DNA of 64,000 nt from assembly GCA_963816915.1 (NCBI GenBank), contig CAWFMK010000002.1, positions 280,426 to 344,425 on the forward strand, read 5' to 3'. Numbering within the stretch: position 1 is the first letter of the stretch; each line of letters begins with the position of its first letter. The position numbers and the translations under genes were made by a program. Below are positions 28,489 through 36,398 of the stretch, piece by piece. Origin of the DNA: an uncultured beta proteobacterium. Lineage in GTDB: Bacteria > Pseudomonadota > Gammaproteobacteria > Burkholderiales > Casimicrobiaceae. The notes beneath the pieces are model-generated. The model saw only the letters and a list, made by a program, of their open reading frames with translations. It ran no database searches and was not told the DNA's origin.

Positions 28489-29427
28489 ATGTACGCATAC
28501 ATTATCCGGCGCCTGTGGCAGATGATCCCGACCCTGCTGGGCGTGATCGTGCTGGTGTTCCTCCTGTTCAACTGGGTGGGCGGCGATCCTGCGTACATTC
28601 TGGTCGGCAAGATTTCCAGCGCCGAGCAGATCGAGAACATCCGCCGGCAGCTCGGCATCGATCAGCCGTATTACGTGCAGCTGTGGATTTTCATCAAGCA
28701 GGTCGTGACCGGAGATTTCGGCGCGAGCTGGAGCACCAACGAACCGGTGTCGCACATCATGGCGACGCGGCTGGGCCCGTCGCTGACACTGCTGGTGCCG
28801 TGGCTGATCCTCTCCACGCTGATCGCGATCGGCCTCGCGCTGGCTGTTGCGTACGTCCGCGGTTCGCTCACCGATCGCATCGTCATGATCGTATGCACAG
28901 TCGGGTTGTCGATTTCGATCCTGGTCTACATCATCGTCTTCCAGTACGTGTTCGCCTACAAGCTGGGCTGGTTCCCGGTGCAGGGATGGAGCGACAGCTT
29001 CTGGCAGAACCTCACGCTCTACGCCTCGTTGCCCATCATCATCCTGCTGGTGGTGAGCGTGGCGCCGACCCTGCGTCTGTTCCGCACCTTCGTGCTCGAC
29101 GAGGTCAACCAGGACTACGTTCGCACCGCGCGCGCCAAGGGAGTGTCCGAGAATCGGCTGATGTGGGTGCACGTGCTGCGCAACGCCTCGATCCCGATCA
29201 TCACCTTCGTGATGGCAGAGATCCCGGGATTGCTGATCGGCGCGTTTCTCATCGAGCGCTTCTTTTCGATTCCCGGCATCGGCCGAGAAGTGCTGCTGGC
29301 GGTGGAGCGCAGCGATTTTCCCGTGATCAAGGCGATCACGGTGTATGTAGCGGTGGCGACCATGGTGTTCAACCTGCTCGCCGACCTCACGTACAAGGCG
29401 GTCGACCCGCGCGTGCAGCTCAAATAG
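28489..29427 (+). CDS. Peptide ABC transporter permease (YejB/DppB-like)
   Basis: N-terminus MYAYIIRRLWQMIPTLLGVIVLVFLLF. EAA-type loop ..DYVRTARAKGVSE.. typical of BPD permeases. Confidence 0.85.
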   Translation: MYAYIIRRLWQMIPTLLGVIVLVFLLFNWVGGDPAYILVGKISSAEQIENIRRQLGIDQPYYVQLWIFIKQVVTGDFGASWSTNEPVSHIMATRLGPSLTLLVPWLILSTLIAIGLALAVAYVRGSLTDRIVMIVCTVGLSISILVYIIVFQYVFAYKLGWFPVQGWSDSFWQNLTLYASLPIIILLVVSVAPTLRLFRTFVLDEVNQDYVRTARAKGVSENRLMWVHVLRNASIPIITFVMAEIPGLLIGAFLIERFFSIPGIGREVLLAVERSDFPVIKAITVYVAVATMVFNLLADLTYKAVDPRVQLK

Positions 29428-29436
29428 GCGGCGTGC

Positions 29437-30558
29437 GTGCCGTACGACGTGCCGCATGCCGTTTCTCCAAGCCTCTGGGCGCTGGCGTGGCGTCGGCTGC
29501 GCAGCGATCGCGTGGCCATGGTGTCGCTGGCGATCGTCGGCGTGTTCCTGTGCATGATGGTGCTGTCGGCGACAGGTCTGATCGCGAAAAACTGGTCGCA
29601 GGAAGTGGGCGCCAATTACGCGCCGCCTTCATTCCTGGGTGACGACCTCGAGCGCGCCGCGCCGTCGACGGCGGCTCAGCCTTCAACGCCTGGAGCGAAG
29701 GCTTCCAGCGCGCCGACGCCGGTCGATGTGAAGGATCCGCTGGCGGACGTTCTTGCGGAGATTCGTGGTGGTGCGCAGGATGGCGCGGCGGACGACAGCG
29801 ACATCGTCGACCCGATCGCGGACGTGATGGAGCAGATTCGCGCTAAAGGCATCGTCCCCGGCGCCGCGACTGTACGCGCTGCGACGCTCCCTTTCGGCGG
29901 CGACAAGTGGGGTCGCGACGTCCTGCAAAAGACCATCAAGGGCTCAGAAACATCGATTTTCGTGGGACTCGCCGCGGCCGTGGTGGCAACTCTGCTCGGC
30001 ACGATCTTCGGCGCGGTGTCGGGGTACTACGGCAAATGGGTAGATGATTTCTTCAACTGGTTCTACAGCGTGTTCACCGCGATGCCGCCCTTGCTGCTGA
30101 TTCTCGCCGTAGCGGCGGTGCTGCAGCAAAAGGGCATCAGCACCATCATCCTGATCATGGGACTGACCGGCTGGACGGGCACCTTCCGGCTGATCCGAAG
30201 CGAATATCTCAAGCACAAGGGACGCGAATACGTTCAGGCCGCCGACGCGATCGGCGCGTCGAATGCGCGGCGCATGTTCGTGCACATCTTTCCCAACGTC
30301 AGCCACGTCGTGCTCGTGCAGCTGTCGATCTACACCGTCGCGTTCATCAAGTACGAGGTCATTCTTTCGTTCCTCGGACTCGGCGTCCCGGTCGACGCGG
30401 TGTCGTGGGGCTCGATGCTCAACGAAGCGCAAAACGAGCTCATCCTCGGCAAGTGGTGGCAGCTTGCCGCAGCCGGCACCGCCATGGCGGTGCTCGTCAC
30501 CGCCTTTAGCCTGTTCACCGATTCGCTGCGCGACGCGCTCGATCCCAAGCTCAAATGA
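29437..30558 (+). CDS. Peptide ABC transporter permease (YejE/DppC-like) with a ~100-aa Ala/Pro/Asp-rich periplasmic insert
   Basis: C-terminal BPD core (..EYVQAADAIGASNARRMFVHIFPN..). The insert carries a duplicated DP(L/I)ADV(L/M)xxIR motif. Confidence 0.85.
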   Translation: MPYDVPHAVSPSLWALAWRRLRSDRVAMVSLAIVGVFLCMMVLSATGLIAKNWSQEVGANYAPPSFLGDDLERAAPSTAAQPSTPGAKASSAPTPVDVKDPLADVLAEIRGGAQDGAADDSDIVDPIADVMEQIRAKGIVPGAATVRAATLPFGGDKWGRDVLQKTIKGSETSIFVGLAAAVVATLLGTIFGAVSGYYGKWVDDFFNWFYSVFTAMPPLLLILAVAAVLQQKGISTIILIMGLTGWTGTFRLIRSEYLKHKGREYVQAADAIGASNARRMFVHIFPNVSHVVLVQLSIYTVAFIKYEVILSFLGLGVPVDAVSWGSMLNEAQNELILGKWWQLAAAGTAMAVLVTAFSLFTDSLRDALDPKLK

Positions 30559-30614
30559 CGCGGACGTCCGAGAGCGAGAGGCGAAGCCTCGCGGCGATCG
30601 GTAACAGCCGCGTC

Positions 30615-30634
30615 ATCCCCGCGAACGCGGGGAT
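30615..30634. repeat. REP-like palindromic element inside the ABC operon spacer
   Basis: ATCCCCGC-GAAC-GCGGGGAT within ...cgtcatccccgcgaacgcggggatcc.... Further short hairpins at 30561-30570 and 30575-30593. Confidence 0.5.
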
Positions 30635-30669
30635 CCAATTTGCGCCGGCGCGACGACTCGTCTGAAGCT

Positions 30670-32361
30670 ATGGAACCTTTGCTCTCGGTGCGCAACCTGC
30701 GCGTCAACTTTCGTCTCGACAAGCACACCTCGTTCGAGGCCGTGAAGGGCATCAGCTTCGACATCCCGCACAACGCCACTGTAGCGCTGGTCGGAGAATC
30801 CGGCAGCGGCAAATCGGTGACGTCGCTGTCGATCCTGGGCCTGTTACCACCCGAGAATTCTTCGGTGCTAGCGGGCAGCGAGATCGTGTATGGCGGACGC
30901 AACCTGGTCGCGCTCGACAGGATCGAATTGCAGCGCCTGCGCGGCAAGGACATCTCGATGATTTTCCAGGAGCCGATGACATCGCTCAATCCGGTGTTCA
31001 CGGTCGGGTTCCAGCTCGCCGAATCGCTGCGCCTGCATCTCGGACTCGGAATGCGTGCTGCACGCAAGCGCGCGGTCGAGTTGCTTGCCGAAGTCGGCAT
31101 TCCCGATCCCGGATACCGCATCGATGCCTACCCATCGCAAATGTCGGGCGGCCAGCAGCAGCGGGTGATGATTGCAATGGCGATCGCGTGCGAGCCGAAG
31201 CTTCTGATCGCCGACGAACCGACCACCGCGCTCGACGTCACCATCCAGAAGCAGATCCTCGACCTGATCGCCGATCTGCAGCGCAAGCACCGCATGTCGG
31301 TGCTGTTCATCACGCACGACCTCGCGGTGGTGGGAGAAATCGCCGATCACGTCGTCGTGATGCGCCACGGCGAGATACGCGAGCAGGGTCCCGCGAAGCG
31401 GGTGTTCGAGGACCCGCGCGACCCCTACACCAAGGCGTTGCTGCAATGCCGTCCTCGACTGGATCGGCGACCGATGCGTCTTCCGGTGATCGAGGACTTC
31501 ATGGATGGCGGCGCGCACGCGATGAATCTGAGCGAGCGCTCGCGCGGGTTCACCGCGACCGATCCGGTCATTCTCGACGTCAAGGGGCTGGGCAAGGACT
31601 TCTATTCGCGCGAAGGCCTGTTCGGGCGGCGCAAGTTCGAGGCGGTAAAGGACGTTTCCTTCCGCCTGCCCAAGGGCAAGACACTTGGTCTGGTCGGCGA
31701 ATCCGGCTCCGGCAAGACGACGGTGGGGCTCACGCTGATGCGGCTGCACGAGGCGAGCGCCGGAGAGGCGCTGTTCGAAGGTCGCGACATCCTGGCGATG
31801 TCGGCGCGCGAGTTCATGGAATACAAACGCCGCATCCAGATCATTTTCCAGAATCCGTACGCGTCGCTGAACCCGAGGATGATCATCGGCCAGATCCTCA
31901 CCGAGCCGATGCAGATTCACGGCATAGGCGCGTCGGCGCAGGAGCGCACGGAGCTCGCCTTCGAGCTGCTGCACAAGGTCGGACTGCCCGAGGTGACCTT
32001 CTACAAGTACCCGCACGAGTTCTCGGGAGGCCAGCGCCAGCGCATCGCCATCGCGCGCTGCCTGACGCTCAAACCCGACATCCTGATCTGCGACGAGTCG
32101 GTGTCGGCGCTCGATGTGTCGGTGCAGGCGCAGGTGCTGAACCTGCTCCAGGACCTGCAGGACGAGTTCGACCTTTCCTACATCTTCATCTCTCACGACC
32201 TCGCGGTCGTCAAATACATCTCGGACGAGATCATGGTGATGAACCAGGGACGCATCGTCGAGATCGCCAACTCCGACGACATCTACCTCAACCCGCGCCA
32301 CGCTTACACGAAGAAGCTGCTCTCCGCGATTCCGAAGGGCTGGCACCACGGCAACGACTGA
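30670..32361 (+). CDS. Fused double ATP-binding protein of the peptide ABC transporter (YejF-like)
   Basis: Two complete ABC cassettes: GESGSGKS...LSGGQQQRVMIAMA...LIADEPTTALD and GESGSGKTT...FSGGQRQRIAIARC...LICDESVSALD. Start at MEPLLSV (30670) or at the upstream in-frame start codon of the ORF at 30640. Confidence 0.9.
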   Translation: MEPLLSVRNLRVNFRLDKHTSFEAVKGISFDIPHNATVALVGESGSGKSVTSLSILGLLPPENSSVLAGSEIVYGGRNLVALDRIELQRLRGKDISMIFQEPMTSLNPVFTVGFQLAESLRLHLGLGMRAARKRAVELLAEVGIPDPGYRIDAYPSQMSGGQQQRVMIAMAIACEPKLLIADEPTTALDVTIQKQILDLIADLQRKHRMSVLFITHDLAVVGEIADHVVVMRHGEIREQGPAKRVFEDPRDPYTKALLQCRPRLDRRPMRLPVIEDFMDGGAHAMNLSERSRGFTATDPVILDVKGLGKDFYSREGLFGRRKFEAVKDVSFRLPKGKTLGLVGESGSGKTTVGLTLMRLHEASAGEALFEGRDILAMSAREFMEYKRRIQIIFQNPYASLNPRMIIGQILTEPMQIHGIGASAQERTELAFELLHKVGLPEVTFYKYPHEFSGGQRQRIAIARCLTLKPDILICDESVSALDVSVQAQVLNLLQDLQDEFDLSYIFISHDLAVVKYISDEIMVMNQGRIVEIANSDDIYLNPRHAYTKKLLSAIPKGWHHGND

Positions 32362-32390
32362 CCCGCCGGCGAGGCGAATCGTTCGCGACG

Positions 32391-33722
32391 CTAAAGCGTG
32401 AACGCCATCTCGCGTATTACGGCACCCGGCAGGCGCATACTGCCGACGCTGCGCTGGCGGTAGCTGTCGCTGCTCACGATCAGCTCACGTTCTGCGGTGA
32501 GCGCGACCAGGTTCTCGCCGAGCAGCCGGTACACGCTGTCGTCAAAGCGCATGACGTTCACGGGCGCGACGATCGCGCCCTTCTCGACCCAGAACGACGC
32601 GAAGCGCGTCATGCCGGTGACACGACATGCCGGCCGGTCCGAGAAATTGAGGTACCAGAGATTGCCGACGAGGATTCCGGTGTCGAGCGCGGCCAGCGCG
32701 TCGGCGACCGCGAGCTGGCCGGCACCCATGTCCAGCGCTTCCGGCGTCTCGGACCCATTGGCGCCATTGGTGGAGAGATCGAACTCGCGCGCCGTACGCG
32801 GGCTGACCAGCGACCCGACCAAGCCGCCGCCCGCGATCAACGGCACCTGGCCCGGTCGCGCGTAACCTTCGTCCTGGAACGCCGGCGCGATGCCTTCCGC
32901 GACGTTCTCGCTGAACGAGATCGACGCGTTCAGCGACTCGGTACCGTCCTGCATGCGAAACAGGCAGCTCTGCCGCGTCGACAGTGCGCGCCCGGAAAAA
33001 CCGCCCCAGCACAGCATGCCCGCCAGCTCTTCCATCGCCGAAGGCGCGAGATAAGCGCGATAGCGGCCCGGCTCGAGGGTGCGCGCTGGCAACGCCAGCA
33101 GCGCCAGCCGGCTGCGCGCCTCGCCCATCCTTGCCGAAAAGCTTTCCGCAGACCAGTCAAAGCCACCGTACGAGGTTTTGACTGCCTTGTCGGTGCGCTG
33201 GTAAAGGCTCCATTGCAGATTGAAGCTGGTCACTTCGTGCCAGTTGCGCTGGCCCAGCGAATTGGCGAAGCCGCGGTACACCGGGCCTGACGCATAGACT
33301 CCGACCAGATCGACGTCCCTTGCCGCGTCGAGCACGGTCGTGATGACGTCCTCCGAGGCGGCGAGCGAGGAGCTGCGGACGTCGCGGCTGGAGCGGACAT
33401 CGGTTGCGTAGGCCAGGTGCGGGTCGTCGGGCGCATCGTCGAGCACCGTGCGCAGCGCGCCCAATCCGGCGAGGATGTCTTCGCGATCGCGCGCAAGGTC
33501 TCCTGAAACGCTCAGCGCTTGCTCGGCATGACGCTGCCCGCGGATCAGGCGCAAGCCGAGATAGCATTGCGTAACGCTGCCGGGCTGCCGGATCTTGCCG
33601 CGATTGAGCCGGACGAAGTCGGATCGTTCCGCATCGAGCTTGACGAGATAGACCTCGCCCGCCGCCAGCGAGCGGTCAAGAAGCGCGGCGACGTCCTCGA
33701 AGTAGGCTTCCATGGTCGACAT
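32391..33722 (-). CDS. pmbA: TldE/PmbA-family metalloprotease partner subunit
   Basis: 443 aa with the TldD/PmbA fold but no HExxxH, as expected for the E subunit. TGATG overlap with the upstream tldD stop. Confidence 0.8.
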   Translation of the reverse strand: MSTMEAYFEDVAALLDRSLAAGEVYLVKLDAERSDFVRLNRGKIRQPGSVTQCYLGLRLIRGQRHAEQALSVSGDLARDREDILAGLGALRTVLDDAPDDPHLAYATDVRSSRDVRSSSLAASEDVITTVLDAARDVDLVGVYASGPVYRGFANSLGQRNWHEVTSFNLQWSLYQRTDKAVKTSYGGFDWSAESFSARMGEARSRLALLALPARTLEPGRYRAYLAPSAMEELAGMLCWGGFSGRALSTRQSCLFRMQDGTESLNASISFSENVAEGIAPAFQDEGYARPGQVPLIAGGGLVGSLVSPRTAREFDLSTNGANGSETPEALDMGAGQLAVADALAALDTGILVGNLWYLNFSDRPACRVTGMTRFASFWVEKGAIVAPVNVMRFDDSVYRLLGENLVALTAERELIVSSDSYRQRSVGSMRLPGAVIREMAFTL

Positions 33723-35158
33723 CACGAGTCTCCGCCGAACACATCGACGCCAGTGAACACGCACGCCGGCGAGGCGTGCCCGACTCGGATGACCTGCGAG
33801 GGCTCGCCTTTTCCGCAGTACGGCGTCCCGAGGACCTGCACGGTCGACGTGTCCCCCACCGCCTTGAGATTTCGCCAGAAGCTTGCGGAAACTCCGCGAT
33901 AGTTCGGGTTCTTCACGACCCCGCGCAGCTCGCCATTTTCGATGAGCTCACCCCATTCGCATCCGAACTGAAACTTGTTGCGCGAGTCATCGATCGACCA
34001 CGAGCTGTTGGTTCGCATGAGCAGCCCGTGCTCTATGCCGGCGATCATCTGCGCGATGCTGTTTTCGCCGGGCTCGAGGTTGAGATTCGCCATGCGGTCG
34101 ATCGGCGGGCGGTTCCAGTTGTCGGCGCGCGCGTTGGCGACGCCAGGCATCCCGGCGCGTGCCTGCGAGAGCGCGCCGCCCAGTGGCCGGCGCAGAATGC
34201 CGTTGCGGATCAGGTACTGCTTTTCCGCGCGCATCCCGTCGTCATCGAAGGCGTAGCTGGCCAGCTCCTCGGGCAGCGTCGGATCGAAGGTGATGTTGAG
34301 CAGGTCGGACCCGTAGCGGTAGTTGCCGAACATGTCCAGGGTGACGAAGCTCGTGCCGGCAAAGTTTCGTTCGTCGCCCAGAATGCGGTCGAGCTCGAGC
34401 GGGTGGCCGATCGACTCGTGGATCTGAAGCACCATCTGGTCGGGCATCAGGAGGACGTCCATGACGCCGGTCGGACAGTTGGGCGCGCCAAGAAGTCGCA
34501 GTGCGTCCTCCGCGATGCGCCGCCCGCTTCCGGCAAAACCAAAACGGGTGAGCATATCTTCGCCCCCCTGTTGCGCGAGCCCGCGGTATCCATTGAGCGA
34601 GCGCGTCTGTGTATCGCCTGCCGCGTGCGCGGTCGCGCTGATGCTCGGCATCACGAATCGGTAGCGCTGGGTCACGTCCCCGCCGGCGCTGGTTAGATAG
34701 GTGTGGGTGGCGGTACGCGTTTCCACGCTTGCTTCCCAATCGACGATGCGATCGTCACAACCTGTCTCTCGCGACTCCTGGGCGAGCAGTTCGTACCAGT
34801 CCCGGCGCGACCAGCTTGCTGCATCGACATCTGGCGAGGCGTAGTCGCCGCGGGGTGCGGGCTGGGGCAGCGTCCGGAAGTCGATGAGACTCGCGCTGGC
34901 GCTCGCCCGCGCCCAATGCGCGGCGCGATCGAGCGCCGCCTGCAACCCCGCTCGCGACAGGTCGGAGGTCGCGGCATAACCGCAGCCGCCGCGTGCCCAC
35001 GCAGTCAGCATCGCGCCGCGGTCGCGCAGAGCCGCCGCCGGCTGCGGAACGTTCTTGCGTACCGCGAAGTTGTGCGCGGCTTCGTCGACGACGCGCAGCG
35101 ACCAGAAGTCGGCGTCGGCGCGCAAATGAGGGAAATCGGTTCGGGATGGGTCGGTCAT
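33722..35158 (-). CDS. tldD: TldD-family zinc metalloprotease
   Basis: 478 aa. HESIGHPLELDR zinc motif (HExxxH) and a conserved C-terminal GxC ..YCGKGEPSQ.. block. Confidence 0.85.
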   Translation of the reverse strand: MTDPSRTDFPHLRADADFWSLRVVDEAAHNFAVRKNVPQPAAALRDRGAMLTAWARGGCGYAATSDLSRAGLQAALDRAAHWARASASASLIDFRTLPQPAPRGDYASPDVDAASWSRRDWYELLAQESRETGCDDRIVDWEASVETRTATHTYLTSAGGDVTQRYRFVMPSISATAHAAGDTQTRSLNGYRGLAQQGGEDMLTRFGFAGSGRRIAEDALRLLGAPNCPTGVMDVLLMPDQMVLQIHESIGHPLELDRILGDERNFAGTSFVTLDMFGNYRYGSDLLNITFDPTLPEELASYAFDDDGMRAEKQYLIRNGILRRPLGGALSQARAGMPGVANARADNWNRPPIDRMANLNLEPGENSIAQMIAGIEHGLLMRTNSSWSIDDSRNKFQFGCEWGELIENGELRGVVKNPNYRGVSASFWRNLKAVGDTSTVQVLGTPYCGKGEPSQVIRVGHASPACVFTGVDVFGGDS

Positions 35159-35184
35159 TGCACGGATCGAAGGAAAAGGGACGA

Positions 35185-35730
35185 TTATCTCTCGCCAGGC
35201 GCGTCCGGGACATGTGTGGGCTCAGGGAGGTGGTCATCGGCTCCGGCCGCGCGGGCCGCCATGATCTTCAGTGCCGGACCGGTAACGCGGGCGATGCGCC
35301 AGTCCGGCATGACCGTCGCGCCGAGCGACTCATAAAAGTCGATGGCCGGCCTGTTCCATTCGAGCACCGACCACTCAAACCGGCCGCAATCGCGCTCGAC
35401 GGCAAGCTTAGCGAGATGGACCAGGAGGGCCCTGCCGTAGCCTTTTCGCCGAAAGTCGGGGCGGACGTAAAGGTCTTCCAGATACAGTCCGGGTTGGCCG
35501 AGAAATGTTGAAAAATTATGGAAAAACAGTGCAAATCCGGCGATCGCAGAGTTCTCACGGGCTAAGACCACTTCGGCGCTGGGGTTTCGGCCGAAAAGCG
35601 CCCGTTCGATGTGCTCCTGCGTCACAACGCATAAGTGGCTCAGTCGCTCGAACTCGGCGAGGGCGCGAATCATTTCGAGCAGGTCGGGGACCTCTCGCGG
35701 CGTGGCCGAAGTGATCGATACGCGCTTCAT
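35185..35730 (-). CDS. GNAT N-acetyltransferase, spermidine/spermine (diamine) acetyltransferase-like
   Basis: LYLEDLYVRPDFRRKGYGRALL...RFEWSVLEWNRPAIDFYESLGA is collinear with SSAT-type enzymes (LYLEDFFV..RG.G.G...W.V..WN.PSI.FY...GA). Confidence 0.8.
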   Translation of the reverse strand: MKRVSITSATPREVPDLLEMIRALAEFERLSHLCVVTQEHIERALFGRNPSAEVVLARENSAIAGFALFFHNFSTFLGQPGLYLEDLYVRPDFRRKGYGRALLVHLAKLAVERDCGRFEWSVLEWNRPAIDFYESLGATVMPDWRIARVTGPALKIMAARAAGADDHLPEPTHVPDAPGER

Positions 35731-36398
35731 GCGGGAAAGTGTACCTTCCCGTCATTCCGAATTCCTCGGCGCACCGATGACCGGTACCGAAACCATTCAG
35801 TCCTGGCGACCTTGGGTTGCTGCACCAAACGGCGCCGCTCCGCTGTAACTGGAGCCTCCATCGGAGGATGCGCGCCGGGGCACGTTGTTGCGCAGCAACG
35901 TCGACAAACGAGCCCTGTCCCCGGCAAATCAGAGGCTTGGAATAGTCTTCCGCTGCGCGGTGACAAATTTGCAACACTTTAAAGCGCACATTTCAGAAAT
36001 GGCGCGTTTTCGTTGGAGGGGCAAAAGACATTGCTGTAATGTCGAGTCACTAGTTCGATATTAGTGCGCTTCGGGTCCCTTTTAGAAAGCGTCAATTCGA
36101 CCTAAAGAAACATGAAATCAGTCAAATCCATGTTTATTGGGGGAGTGGCCAAGTTGATCGGATTCGCTGAGACGTTGATCGAGACGAGCGAGTCAGGTGA
36201 CACGACGCGGCACGGCATGACACTCCATATTACCGCGCTGCCCTCGGAATCCGGTCGATCCGTCGTTGATGTTGGCGGTCGCCGGCGTCTGGCCGCGGGT
36301 GGCTCGCTGCAATGTGTTCGATGTCCGCTCGCCCTGCAGATTTGACATTCGTTTCTGATACATAAACGGCCGGCAATTTCATAGCTAGGGAGATTCAA

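Noticed and set aside
35741-35775. Second REP-like element (cccgtcattccgaattcctcggcgcacc) next to the GNAT gene start.
   Set aside because: It shares only the gtcattcc core with the element at 30611-30636 and lacks a clear palindrome. That is insufficient to call a repeat family from this window alone.
36112-36345. 77-codon ORF in the receptor leader.
   Set aside because: Its third-position GC is much lower than in all confident genes of the window. It has no convincing RBS, and its C-terminal half is Arg/Gly-rich, which looks non-coding. It was kept only as part of the leader-region finding.
35990-36398. Possible cobalamin or TPP riboswitch, or Fur box, upstream of the TonB-dependent receptor (and likewise upstream of exbB).
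   Set aside because: I could not find a B12 box (AGYCMGgAgaCCkGCc-like), the TPP CUGAGA...ACCUGA arrangement in the correct order, or a 19-bp GATAATGATAATCATTATC-like Fur box. Only isolated short matches (ctgaga, tgatac, gaatgatc) were present. A covariance-model scan is needed before anything can be claimed.
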